DNA from: an uncultured Planctomycetia bacterium
GTDB taxonomy: Bacteria > Planctomycetota > MHYJ01 > CAYXQY01
DNA length: 54,733 bases
Assembly (NCBI GenBank): GCA_964606115.1
Contig: CAZSFH010000001.1
Location: 1-54,733, forward strand
Direction of reading: 5' to 3'
Below are positions 45,587-54,733 of the stretch, piece after piece; the stretch's first letter is position 1, and every line of letters begins with the position of its first letter. The notes under the pieces were generated by a model. That model saw only the letters and a program-made list of their open reading frames with translations. It did not search any database and was not told where the DNA came from. A program made the translations under genes and the position numbers.

Positions 45587-46612
45587 CTATTCGAATTCGT
45601 CCCCCGGGGAAACGGATTGCAGTCCACCGAGTACCATCAGTTCAAGAGCGGTGGAAGCATCCAGTGATCCGGTTCTTGAGACGAGATCTTTGTTCAGAAA
45701 CGCCTGTGCGATATTGCTCAGGTCCTGAAGATCAAGCCGTTTGAACCGGCGAATCGTCCTGTCGACGATCCATTTTTGAACACCGAGCTGATCCGAGATC
45801 ATACTCGGTTTATATCCCATTTTGAATAATTCAATGATCGATCTCAAGCGTCGGAAGGCCCAGAGTAATCCCCCGGTAATCTTGACGTCCGATTCTCCTC
45901 GATTTAACTGTTGCCGGATCTGCCGCAGAACGGGTCCGTGTTCGGCCGCCAGCCAGGCATCCGTGAATTCGAAAAAGTCCAGCTCACGCTTGTCCGGGAC
46001 GACACGCTCGACGTCCTCCAATCGGATCCGGTCCTGGTTTCGGCCGTAAAGCGCCAGTTTTTCCATTTCGTTCCGAAGCAGGGTCAGTTCCTCACCGGCT
46101 CGTTCGATCAGGGCCTCAACGGCATCGGAATCGACCTGCAGATTCTCGTTACGAAAAAAAGCGCGAACCCATTTCTGGATTCGTTCCTCATCGGGGGTTG
46201 AACACTCGACGTGTAGCGTATTCTCTTTCAGCCATTTGACAATCTTCAGATCAGAGCGAATTCCCGGTGTTTCCAGACAGGGCAGGGTTTGTTCCCGTTC
46301 CCTGGAGAACCGCTCACGGATCCAGTCCTCGTGGGACGAGGTAAAGTTTCCGCTCCGGTCGATAATGCAAACAACGCGTTTCCGGTCCTCAAAAGAGGAA
46401 CCCCGAAGGTGTTCGTCGATGCGACCCGGATCAACCTCCGAGGCATAAATCCGCCGGTGCTCTACGTCTTCATCCCCGATGGTCTCAATCACCGAACGGC
46501 GAAGATACGCTTCGTTACCGGTAATAAACACACCGTTTATGTCAGTGAGGGAAGGGGGGTTGTTTCGGAATTCGAAGTAGTCCACGGTGAGACCTCTGGC
46601 GATTTTCATCAT
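45587..46612 (-). CDS. holA: DNA polymerase III delta subunit
   Basis: Length and layout of HolA. LTLLRNEMEKLALYG and DFFEFTDAW blocks resemble the delta-subunit C-terminal domains. Confidence 0.7.
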   Translation of the reverse strand: MMKIARGLTVDYFEFRNNPPSLTDINGVFITGNEAYLRRSVIETIGDEDVEHRRIYASEVDPGRIDEHLRGSSFEDRKRVVCIIDRSGNFTSSHEDWIRERFSREREQTLPCLETPGIRSDLKIVKWLKENTLHVECSTPDEERIQKWVRAFFRNENLQVDSDAVEALIERAGEELTLLRNEMEKLALYGRNQDRIRLEDVERVVPDKRELDFFEFTDAWLAAEHGPVLRQIRQQLNRGESDVKITGGLLWAFRRLRSIIELFKMGYKPSMISDQLGVQKWIVDRTIRRFKRLDLQDLSNIAQAFLNKDLVSRTGSLDASTALELMVLGGLQSVSPGDEFE

Positions 46613-46695
46613 AATTTAAGAACCTCCGGTAACTCCCGATCGAATATCTGGGCTGGATTGACCGGGACATCATGCGTGACGTATAATACCATCTT

Positions 46696-47667
46696 ATGTC
46701 CTCGGATAACATCAATAAACTGGTGAGCGAAATTCGTTCGGGGGAGACTCGCGCGATTGCTCGAGTTCTTTCCCGGATTGAAGACGACGGTGAGGCGACC
46801 GACGAACTACTCGACCGACTGTTTCCGGACGTCGGGGGAGCGTATCGTGTCGGCATTACCGGCCCCCCCGGAAGCGGAAAGAGCAGTCTGGTTACCCGGC
46901 TAACGGAACGCTTTATCGATCGGGAGCAATCCGTCGGGATCGTCGCCGTGGATCCAAGCAGTCCATTTTCCGGAGGTGCTTTACTGGGAGATCGTGTCCG
47001 AATGTCCGAGATCCGCCATCCCCTGGTGTTTATCCGGAGCATGGCCAGTCGCGGAACGTCCGGAGGACTTGCTCCTACCACACTCCAGGCCTGTGACGTG
47101 CTCGACGCGTCTGGAAAAGATCTGCTTCTGATTGAAACGGTGGGGGTGGGACAGTCCGAAGTGGACGTTCAGGCACTGGTGGATACCATTGTGCTTGTGC
47201 TCACGCCGGAGTCCGGGGACTCGATTCAGGCGATGAAAGCGGGGTTGATGGAGATTGGTGATCCGATCGTGATCAACAAAAAGGATCGTGGAGGAGCGGA
47301 TCGGGTTGAACAGGAATTGCGAACGATTTTGAATATGCGTGGTACAACGACCAGTGGGGAGGTCGATCAACAGGAGGAACGGGACGTGGAAATTCTCCAG
47401 ACGTCCGCTCGGGATGACGAAGGCCTGGATGAATTATTTGATCTCCTGATCGAACGAAGTATGAACGGGACTGCAAGTCGATCCAGCGAGCGGTTGCTGA
47501 GCCAGCTCGATCTTGTTCTGCAGGGACGTCTGATCGATAATTTCGAACGAAACACGTCCCTCGCGGAACGAAAACGGAACGCTATTGAGCGAATTCAGAA
47601 TGGGGAGATTTCTCCTTATGGTGCCGCCCGGGAAATCGTGAGAGAACTCGGAATATCCCAGAAGTGA
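46696..47667 (+). CDS. meaB: MeaB/ArgK-type G3E GTPase (B12 mutase chaperone)
   Basis: ITGPPGSGKSSL (P-loop), ETVGVGQSE, VINKKD. Confidence 0.85.
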   Translation: MSSDNINKLVSEIRSGETRAIARVLSRIEDDGEATDELLDRLFPDVGGAYRVGITGPPGSGKSSLVTRLTERFIDREQSVGIVAVDPSSPFSGGALLGDRVRMSEIRHPLVFIRSMASRGTSGGLAPTTLQACDVLDASGKDLLLIETVGVGQSEVDVQALVDTIVLVLTPESGDSIQAMKAGLMEIGDPIVINKKDRGGADRVEQELRTILNMRGTTTSGEVDQQEERDVEILQTSARDDEGLDELFDLLIERSMNGTASRSSERLLSQLDLVLQGRLIDNFERNTSLAERKRNAIERIQNGEISPYGAAREIVRELGISQK

Positions 47668-47861
47668 CTGTCACGCCGGTTTCGTTTTTGTCCGCAAAAC
47701 GAAGAGGGGCGCGATGAACCTCATGTTTATACCTTGTCCACGGGTCCGACGGAAAACCCCTGACCGGTGTGTTCTCCGGTCATGGATTGTGAGGAGATAT
47801 CCCGGGAGCGCGGGACCGTGGTTGGATACACCGTAACGTTCACGTATTTTCTTGAGAAGCG

Positions 47862-49538
47862 ATGACCGAAGCCGACGAAACCAACAATTCGGACGGCGCC
47901 GGACAAGAACGCCGGAAAGACTGGGAAGAAAAGGTGGAAGAAAGCCCACAGCGGAAAGAGCGCTATGAAACCTTTTCCGGCCTTCCGATCAAACCGCTGT
48001 ATACGCCCGAGGATCTTGAGGACCTGGATTACGAAGAAGATCTGGGAAGGCCGGGAGAGTATCCGTTTACCCGGGGCCCCTATAAGTCCATGTATCGCGG
48101 ACAGCTCTGGACCATGCGGCAGTTTGCGGGGTTCGGCACCGCCGAGGATACCAATGAACGGTACCATTACCTTCTGGACAAAGGACAGACCGGATTGTCC
48201 GTTGCATTTGACATGCCCACGCTGATGGGATACGACAGTGATCACGAACGAGCCCGTGGAGAAGTCGGTCGGGAAGGAGTGGCGGTCAGTCACATGGACG
48301 ACATGCGGACACTGTTCGACGGGATCGATCCGGGTGAAATTAGCACCTCCATGACAATCAACGGCCCGGCGCCGATTCTGCTGGGATATTATTATCTGCT
48401 CGGGCGAGAGAAAGGTGTACCGGGTGATCAGCTACGCGGAACGACTCAGAATGACATTCTCAAAGAATATCAGGCGCAGAAGGAATTTATTTTTCCTCCC
48501 GAACCATCGATGAAGCTTGTGACGGACACGGTCGAATTTTGTACAAAAGAGATGCCGAAGTGGTATCCGATATCGATCAGTGGATACCATATCCGCGAGG
48601 CGGGATCAACGGCCGTGCAGGAGCTGGCATTCACCCTGGCCAATGGATTTGAATACGTCCGGTGGGCGAAGGAACGGGGGCTGGACGTCGATGATTTTGC
48701 TCCTCGACTGAGCTTCTTTTTCAACGCTCACATGGATTTTTTCGAGGAGATTGCGAAGTTCCGGGCCGCCCGTCGAATCTGGGCACGCCACATGAGAGAA
48801 GATTTTGGAGCGACTGAACCGGAAGCCATGCGGCTCCGATTTCATACCCAGACCGCCGGGGTGTCTCTAACCGAGCAGCAACCATTAAATAATGTCGTTC
48901 GGACGGCCTATGAGGCGCTATCAGCGGTGCTGGGCGGAACCCAGAGTCTCCATACGAATTCCTATGACGAGGCTCTGGCCCTGCCCACCGAGAAGGCGGT
49001 GAAAATTGCACTTCGAACCCAGCAGATTATCGCTCACGAAACCAATGTGACGGAAACCGTCGATCCACTGGCGGGGTCGTATTACGTCGAGTCCCTGACC
49101 GACGAGATGGAGGAACGTGCGGAGGGGTATTTCGATGAAATTGAAGCCCGAGGAGGTGTTATTGAGTGTATTCGTGAAGGGTATTTTCAGAATGAAATTT
49201 CAAAATCCGCCTATGAACAGCAGAAGAAAATCGAGAGCGGAGAACGGACGATTGTGGGTGTAAACCGGTTCGTCGAGGAAGACGAGGACGATGTGGATAT
49301 TCTCAAAATCGATGAGACCATAGAAAAAAAACAACGGGAGGCGGTAAAGAAATTCAAAGAGAACCGTTCGGATCGAAGAGTGTCGGAGGCCCTGGACGAC
49401 CTCCGTCGAGCGGCGGAAGAAGGGGAAAACCTGATGTATCCCATCATTGAAGCCGCGGAAGTGGACGTGACACTCGGGGAGACGGTGGAAGTGCTCAAGG
49501 ATGTGTACGGGGTCTGGAAGGAAGTGGCCACACTGTGA
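47862..49538 (+). CDS. B12-dependent acyl-CoA mutase large (substrate-binding) subunit with an isobutyryl-CoA-mutase-type signature
   Basis: EYPFTRGPYKSMYRGQLWTMRQFAGFGTAEDTN, GQTGLSVAFDMPTLMGYDSD, TQNDILKEYQAQKEFIFPP. Phe88 and Gln206 sit where MCM has Tyr and Arg. Confidence 0.85.
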   Translation: MTEADETNNSDGAGQERRKDWEEKVEESPQRKERYETFSGLPIKPLYTPEDLEDLDYEEDLGRPGEYPFTRGPYKSMYRGQLWTMRQFAGFGTAEDTNERYHYLLDKGQTGLSVAFDMPTLMGYDSDHERARGEVGREGVAVSHMDDMRTLFDGIDPGEISTSMTINGPAPILLGYYYLLGREKGVPGDQLRGTTQNDILKEYQAQKEFIFPPEPSMKLVTDTVEFCTKEMPKWYPISISGYHIREAGSTAVQELAFTLANGFEYVRWAKERGLDVDDFAPRLSFFFNAHMDFFEEIAKFRAARRIWARHMREDFGATEPEAMRLRFHTQTAGVSLTEQQPLNNVVRTAYEALSAVLGGTQSLHTNSYDEALALPTEKAVKIALRTQQIIAHETNVTETVDPLAGSYYVESLTDEMEERAEGYFDEIEARGGVIECIREGYFQNEISKSAYEQQKKIESGERTIVGVNRFVEEDEDDVDILKIDETIEKKQREAVKKFKENRSDRRVSEALDDLRRAAEEGENLMYPIIEAAEVDVTLGETVEVLKDVYGVWKEVATL

Positions 49539-49576
49539 GAAAAATTTTTCACACCGAGTCGAGGCACAACGGAAGG

Positions 49577-49966
49577 ATGATCAAAGTGCTGGTTGGTAAA
49601 ATTGGACTCGACGGGCATGACCGGGGGGCGAAAGTCATCGCCAACGCCCTCCGGGATGCCGGGATGGAAGTGGTCTACAGCGGCCTGCATAAAACCCCGG
49701 ACGATATCGTGAATGCGGCTCTTCAGGAGGACGTGGATGTGATTGGAATCAGTATCCTGTCGGGAGCTCACATGACGCTCATCCCCGACCTGCTGGATCG
49801 CCTTGAGGAGGAAGGCATGGAGGACGTGCTCGTGGTGGTGGGTGGAATTGTGCCCGACGAGGATGCCGAGGAATTGAAGGAAATGGGGGTTGCGGAGGTG
49901 TTTCGGCCCGGATCTCCCCTGTCGGACATTGTGGAATTCATTGAATCCCATGAGGGAGATCGTTAA
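49577..49966 (+). CDS. Acyl-CoA mutase small subunit (cobalamin-binding domain)
   Basis: VLVGKIGLDGHDRGAKVIA (DxHxxG B12 motif), SILSG, GGIVP. GGAAGG precedes the ATG at 49577; GTG at 49535 overlaps the upstream stop and is an alternative start. Confidence 0.85.
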   Translation: MIKVLVGKIGLDGHDRGAKVIANALRDAGMEVVYSGLHKTPDDIVNAALQEDVDVIGISILSGAHMTLIPDLLDRLEEEGMEDVLVVVGGIVPDEDAEELKEMGVAEVFRPGSPLSDIVEFIESHEGDR

Positions 49967-50076
49967 TATTATTTCCTGTTTTTCTGCTTGTCCGCTTTCG
50001 CGTGTCCGCCAGTGGACCGTTTTCTAATGCGGGCGGCTCGTGAATCGAATTCCCTTCCTTGCCTTTCGACAAACCA

Positions 50077-52923
50077 ATGTCCGACGACGTAAATTATAAG
50101 AAAACAATTCAACTTCCCGACACCGAATTTTCGATGCGGGCGAATCTAACCGAGCTGGAACCGCGGGTACAGAAGAAATGGAATGAGATGGATCTTTACG
50201 AATCTCTGCGGGAACGACGGTCAGGTAACGAGAAATACGTTCTCCACGACGGACCACCGTACGCCAATGGTGACGTCCACATCGGGACCGGTCTGAACAA
50301 GATTCTTAAAGACATCGTCGTCCGATTCCGTTCCATGGATGGGTACGATACACCATTTGTTCCCGGCTGGGACTGTCACGGATTGCCGATTGAATGGAAC
50401 GTGCTTCAGGAACTCGGGGAGGAAGCGGAGAATATGCGTCCGTCCGAGATCCGGGAAAAATGTGCGGATGCCGCCCGACACTGGCTGGACGTCCAGCGGG
50501 AACAGTTCCGAAAACTCGGCTGTACGGCGGACTGGGAAAATCCCTACGTTACAATGGATCCGGAGTACGAAGCGTCGGTGATCGGGGTCTTTCGCGATCT
50601 GCTCAATAACGGCCACGTTTACCGTCGGAAGAAAACCATTCACTGGTGCCCGAACTGTGAAACAGCGCTGGCTTCCGCCGAACTTGAGTACGACGAAAAA
50701 GAATCCCCGTCCATTTTTGTGAAGTTTCCGATGCGATCGGATCTCATCGATCGATTTGACGCGTCGGTGCCGGACGACCTTCCCGCTTCGATTGTCATCT
50801 GGACGACAACGCCGTGGACGTTACCCGCCAATGTTGCAACGGCCGTGAACCCGACCTTCGCGTACGCTCTCGTGCAGGTAACCAATTCGGGTGGTCAGGG
50901 GGATGAACTGTTCCTCTTCGCCTCCGATCTCGTGGAGCGTCTCGAAGAGATGCTGGACCTGACGGACCTGCAGGTGCTCGCCACCATCTCGGGCGAACGC
51001 CTCGAGGGAGGAACGTACGAGCATCCGTTCATGGATCGGACCGGCGAGGTGGTCCTGGCGGATTACGTCGGGCTGGAGGATGGGACGGGATGTGTGCACA
51101 TTGCTCCCGGCCACGGAGAAGAAGACTATTACACCGGATTGGAGTATGACCTGGAAGCATTCTGTCCGGTGGACGGAGCCGGCGAGTTTACGGACCAGGC
51201 CGGTCGATATGCCGGTATGAACGTGTATGAGGCGAATGATCCGATCTGCTCGGATCTCGAGGATCAGGGGGTGTTGCTCAAGCAGATCTCCATTACTCAT
51301 GATTACCCTCACTGCTGGCGTTGTGATTCACCGGTCATCTTCCGGGCTACCCGGCAGTGGTTTGTTGACATTGACCACGAGAAAGCCCGGGATCGTGCTC
51401 TGGAGGAAGTGTCCGACGTTCACTGGGTGCCGGACTGGGGGGAAACCCGGATGAGGTCGATGCTGGAGGAACGTCCCGACTGGTGCATTTCCCGTCAGCG
51501 GTACTGGGGGGTTCCGATTCCGATCCTGTACTGTGAGCAATGCGACGAGCCATTGCTTGAGGATGAGGTGGTCGAACAAACCCAGCAACTCTTCCGGGAA
51601 CATGGCGCGACGTCCTGGTTTGAGAACGACGCGTCCCTGTTCCTCCCGGAGGAGACGACCTGTTCGAGCTGTGGTGCCGGCTCGTTCAAACAGGAAACGG
51701 ACATCTTCGACGTCTGGTTCGAGTCCGGTTCCAGTCACAGCGCGGTGGTTCAGAACCATCCGGATCTTTCCTTTCCAGCGGACCTGTATCTTGAAGGAAC
51801 GGATCAACACCGGGGGTGGTTTCAGGTCTCCTTGATCCCGTCGGTGATCCGGACCGGGCGGGGTCCGTTTCGCGAATGTGTCACACACGGCTTTGTGGTG
51901 GATCAGGACGGGCACAAGATTTCGAAGTCGGACCTGAGCGGACTTTCCATGAACGCCGATACACTGGCGGAGGAGTACGGTGCGGACCTCCTCCGTCTCT
52001 GGATAACGTCCGTCGATTTCACCGACGATATTCCGGTTTCCGATGAAATTCTTGAAGAAACATCGGAGCCGTACATGAAAATTCGTCGGACGCTTCGGTA
52101 TCTTCTCGGAAATCTGCACGATTATGACCCGGGGAAGAATCGGGTTGATCACGCCGAGCTCGAGGAGCTGGACCTCTGGGTGCGCCATGAGCTTTTTCAG
52201 TTGATCGAGAACGTTTCTGAAAACTACGAGGAGTACCGGTTCCACCGTGTCGTGCGGGAGATCCGTAATTTCTGCACTGTTCAGATGAGCAATTTCTTTC
52301 TGGACGTTTCGAAGGATCGATTTTACTGTGCGCCGGAGGATTCTCGTGTGCGCCGTTCGGGTCAGACGGCGGCTCACGACGTGCTGACGATTCTGACTCG
52401 GATGCTGACGCCGGTACTCCCCCATACGGCCGAGGAGCTCTGGGAACATATCCCGGGGACCTCCACGAAGAGTCCGCAGCTGGCGGACTGGCCCGAGGTT
52501 CCGGATCGATGGCAGAATGATGATCTGGCCTGGCACTGGAAGCGATTGCTGGAAATCCGGGAAGCCGTGTACGTGGAAATCGAAGCACTTCGTGAAGATG
52601 ATCAGATTGACGAAAGTGGAGAGGTGGAGGTCGAGCTCTTCGCGGGAAATCACAAACTTCACGATCTGATCACTTCCTTTCAGGACCGACTTCCTGAGTA
52701 TTTCCTGGTTTCCGACGTGGAGGTAGAAGAAGGGTCTATTCCTGAGCATGCCTCGACGTTTGACGACCTGGCGGGGATCGGCCTGGTGGTTGAACCGACG
52801 GAAAACAAGAAATGTGATCGATGCTGGACGTACAGGCCGTCGGTGGGTGAGGACGCCCGGTTTGATGATCTGTGTTCCCGCTGTGCCGATATCGTTCACA
52901 CGTACGTGGGCGAGCAACAGTAA
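50077..52923 (+). CDS. ileS: Isoleucyl-tRNA synthetase
   Basis: HDGPPYANGDVHIGT (HIGH), KISKS (KMSKS), C-terminal CDRCW...CSRC zinc knuckle. Confidence 0.95.
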   Translation: MSDDVNYKKTIQLPDTEFSMRANLTELEPRVQKKWNEMDLYESLRERRSGNEKYVLHDGPPYANGDVHIGTGLNKILKDIVVRFRSMDGYDTPFVPGWDCHGLPIEWNVLQELGEEAENMRPSEIREKCADAARHWLDVQREQFRKLGCTADWENPYVTMDPEYEASVIGVFRDLLNNGHVYRRKKTIHWCPNCETALASAELEYDEKESPSIFVKFPMRSDLIDRFDASVPDDLPASIVIWTTTPWTLPANVATAVNPTFAYALVQVTNSGGQGDELFLFASDLVERLEEMLDLTDLQVLATISGERLEGGTYEHPFMDRTGEVVLADYVGLEDGTGCVHIAPGHGEEDYYTGLEYDLEAFCPVDGAGEFTDQAGRYAGMNVYEANDPICSDLEDQGVLLKQISITHDYPHCWRCDSPVIFRATRQWFVDIDHEKARDRALEEVSDVHWVPDWGETRMRSMLEERPDWCISRQRYWGVPIPILYCEQCDEPLLEDEVVEQTQQLFREHGATSWFENDASLFLPEETTCSSCGAGSFKQETDIFDVWFESGSSHSAVVQNHPDLSFPADLYLEGTDQHRGWFQVSLIPSVIRTGRGPFRECVTHGFVVDQDGHKISKSDLSGLSMNADTLAEEYGADLLRLWITSVDFTDDIPVSDEILEETSEPYMKIRRTLRYLLGNLHDYDPGKNRVDHAELEELDLWVRHELFQLIENVSENYEEYRFHRVVREIRNFCTVQMSNFFLDVSKDRFYCAPEDSRVRRSGQTAAHDVLTILTRMLTPVLPHTAEELWEHIPGTSTKSPQLADWPEVPDRWQNDDLAWHWKRLLEIREAVYVEIEALREDDQIDESGEVEVELFAGNHKLHDLITSFQDRLPEYFLVSDVEVEEGSIPEHASTFDDLAGIGLVVEPTENKKCDRCWTYRPSVGEDARFDDLCSRCADIVHTYVGEQQ

Positions 52924-52924
52924 A

Positions 52925-53560
52925 ATGACCGATCCCATCGATATTGCGTTTCTCCTTTCGGGAAGTGGATCCACCCTCGAAAACCTTCTGGAACATGTGG
53001 ATGAAGGAGAGGTGGATGGTCGGGTTCGTCTTGTTATTTCCAGTGATCCCGACGCGTACGGTCTCGACCGGGCGGAGCGTTATGAGATCCCGACCGCCGT
53101 CGTCGAACGGAAGGAGTACGAAGATCGGGAGACGTTCAGCAAGGCAATTTCCGGAGAACTGGATCAGGTAAAGCCCGATCTTGTCTGTATGGGCGGCTTT
53201 CTTCATTTCTATATCGTCCCCGGTCGATATCAGTACCGGGTCATCAATATTCATCCGTCCCTTCTCCCGAAATACGGGGGTCCGGGATATTACGGGCATC
53301 ACGTGCACGAGGCCGTTCTGGAAGCTGGAGAGAAGGAGACCGGCTGTTCCGTGCATTTTGTAACCAATGAAGGCTACGACGAGGGGCCGGTCATTTTACA
53401 GGAAACCGTTCCCGTGTATCCGGACGATACGCCCGAAACCCTTGAGGAACGAGTAAAAGAGAAAGAACGTATTGTATATCCGAAAGCGATCCAGATGATC
53501 GCGGAAGGTCGAGTTCACGTCGAAAACGGCACCGTTTTGTTAAACAGCGAATCAGAATGA
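52925..53560 (+). CDS. purN: Phosphoribosylglycinamide formyltransferase
   Basis: IAFLLSGSGSTLENLL, INIHPSLLPKYGG, GCSVHFV. The ATG lies 1 nt after the ileS stop. Confidence 0.9.
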   Translation: MTDPIDIAFLLSGSGSTLENLLEHVDEGEVDGRVRLVISSDPDAYGLDRAERYEIPTAVVERKEYEDRETFSKAISGELDQVKPDLVCMGGFLHFYIVPGRYQYRVINIHPSLLPKYGGPGYYGHHVHEAVLEAGEKETGCSVHFVTNEGYDEGPVILQETVPVYPDDTPETLEERVKEKERIVYPKAIQMIAEGRVHVENGTVLLNSESE

Positions 53561-54549
53561 GTAACACACTCGAAAAGGACCGGATCCGGATGATTGATGC
53601 CGGAACAGATTCGGATCGAAACTCCTTCTCCGACCATGTCCGGGAGGGCCTGACGGCCGATCCGAAGTGGCTTCCCTCTCGATTTCTGTACGACCGGCGG
53701 GGATCCGAGTTATTTGAAGAGATTACGCGGCAACCGGAATATTATCAATATCGAGCGGAGCGGGAGATCCTGAGAATTCATGCCGACGAGATAACGGCCG
53801 ATCTGAGCGAAGAGGGGACGATTGTGGAGCTTGGCAGCGGAAATGCCGAAAAAACGAGAATATTATTACGATCGGCCCTGAACCGTTGGGGTCGTGCTCA
53901 CTTTGTTCCGGTGGACATCTCCAGGGATTTTTTACTTGAATCCGCCCGGGAATTGGTCGATGAGTTTGAACACCTCAACGTCACGACGGTGGCCGGGACC
54001 TACCGGTCCGCTCTGAAACAACTCCCGGAGCGAAAGGCTCCTCGCCTCTTTTTATTTTTGGGAGGGAGCATCGGTAATTTTGAACCGGAGGAATCCCGGG
54101 CCCTGCTGTCCGAAATTCGATCGGTAATGCACCCGGAGGATCGGTTTGTCATGGGATTTGATCGTTTTAAAGATCCGGAGGTGATCGAACCCGCGTACAA
54201 TGACGGACATGGAGTAACCGCCGAGTTTAATAAAAATATCCTGAAACGGATTAACCGGGAGCTGAACGGACAGTTCAAACCGGAACGGTTTCGTCATGAA
54301 GCTCCCTTTGTCATGGATCGCCGGCGAGTGGAAATGCATCTGGTGAGCCGGGAATCTCAAACCGTGCACGTGGAAGATCTCGATCGAACGTTTTCGTTTG
54401 AAGCGGGAGAGTCGATTCATACAGAGAATAGTTATAAATACAGGACGAATGAAATGATTGACCTCTGTGAGACGGTCGGGCTGCAAAAGGAATCCCTCTG
54501 GCAAGATGAGAACAATTATTTTTGTGAGATTCGACTCTACCCAGATTGA
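53557..54549 (+). CDS. EgtD-like SAM-dependent histidine N-alpha-methyltransferase family protein
   Basis: LPSRFLYDRRGSELFEEITRQPEYYQYRAEREIL, ELGSGNAEKTRILL, LGGSIGNF, TENSYKY. Its ATG overlaps the purN stop (ATGA). Confidence 0.75.
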   Translation: MSNTLEKDRIRMIDAGTDSDRNSFSDHVREGLTADPKWLPSRFLYDRRGSELFEEITRQPEYYQYRAEREILRIHADEITADLSEEGTIVELGSGNAEKTRILLRSALNRWGRAHFVPVDISRDFLLESARELVDEFEHLNVTTVAGTYRSALKQLPERKAPRLFLFLGGSIGNFEPEESRALLSEIRSVMHPEDRFVMGFDRFKDPEVIEPAYNDGHGVTAEFNKNILKRINRELNGQFKPERFRHEAPFVMDRRRVEMHLVSRESQTVHVEDLDRTFSFEAGESIHTENSYKYRTNEMIDLCETVGLQKESLWQDENNYFCEIRLYPD

Positions 54550-54630
54550 ATTTTTGTGATTCATCGTGTACCAAACGAAGGGAGTCGTTCGGGAAGTGCC
54601 GGAGTGATCAAAACTGGCTTTCTTTTCCCT

Positions 54631-54733
54631 AGGAGGCTGCTGAAAAACCCCCGCTTCGTCAGTACGATCACAATCGGCGCGGCAGTGCGGCGTGATTTCG
54701 CAGGCAATGCCGTCAGCGCATTGCTGAGAAAAT
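54631..54733 (+). repeat. Partial second copy of the intergenic element, truncated by the window edge
   Basis: Begins AGGAGGCTGCTGAAAAACCCCCGC. 54702-54733 (AGGCAATGCCGT..GCATTG..GAGAAAAT) parallels 25816-25852 (AGGCAATGCCGT..GCATTG..GAGAAAT), at a similar distance from CTGAAAA (62 vs 59 nt). Confidence 0.55.

Noticed and set aside
49967-50076. T-box or other leader upstream of ileS.
   Set aside because: The spacer is only ~110 nt and shows no specifier, antiterminator or T-box sequence features.
51328-52974. 548-aa ORF antisense to ileS. Similar long shadow ORFs occur at 37321-38196 (-), 28347-29216 (+), 2792-3865 (-), 44596-45438 (+), 49211-49951 (-) and 581-1273 (-).
   Set aside because: Each lies fully opposite a gene with unmistakable family motifs. 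Their translations are low-complexity (R/P/S/G- or F-rich) with no recognisable domains, which is typical of stop-poor antisense frames.
1-54733. Scan for tRNA, rRNA, tmRNA, RNase P, CRISPR arrays, transposases, integrases and phage genes.
   Set aside because: I noticed no T-arm-like GGTTCGAATCC-type sequences, no regularly spaced direct repeats and no mobile-element ORFs. A visual scan can miss divergent ncRNAs, so tRNAscan-SE and Infernal should confirm.

Overview
This 54.7-kb chromosomal window holds about 45 protein-coding genes on both strands. I found no rRNA, tRNA, CRISPR array, transposase or integrase. Most genes are housekeeping: thrB, nadD, nadC, birA, sucD, folE, accA, acpP-fabF, mutS, holA, ileS, purN, a fused E1 alpha/beta 2-oxoacid dehydrogenase, an acyl-CoA ligase, and a B12-dependent acyl-CoA mutase with its MeaB-type GTPase. 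The MoxR-DUF58-BatA/VWA operon, the secreted HEAT/TPR-repeat proteins, the DUF2752 protein and the fused E1 resemble PVC-group (Planctomycetota-like) genomes; this is inference only. Points worth a second look: (1) A short intergenic motif, TAGACCSSATCTGAAAAG, recurs at gene ends. Two inverted copies bound a ~290-bp non-coding element whose interior module recurs at the right window edge. Motif copies bracket two convergent orphan genes in an AT-richer segment (24.4-27.7 kb). (2) A rhomboid-family protein has all four catalytic or oxyanion residues substituted. (3) A divergent RecA homologue lacks the N-terminal oligomerisation helix. (4) A nucleosidase-like gene is paired with an SplB-like radical-SAM gene that is split by a 1-nt frameshift in an A4T4 run. 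(5) An acpP-fabF-SPT-like-GNAT-like-SDR cluster is a candidate sphingoid/aminolipid pathway. (6) The mutase carries the Phe/Gln specificity signature of isobutyryl-CoA mutase, not methylmalonyl-CoA mutase. All functional calls rest on motifs read by eye from the translations. No database search was run.
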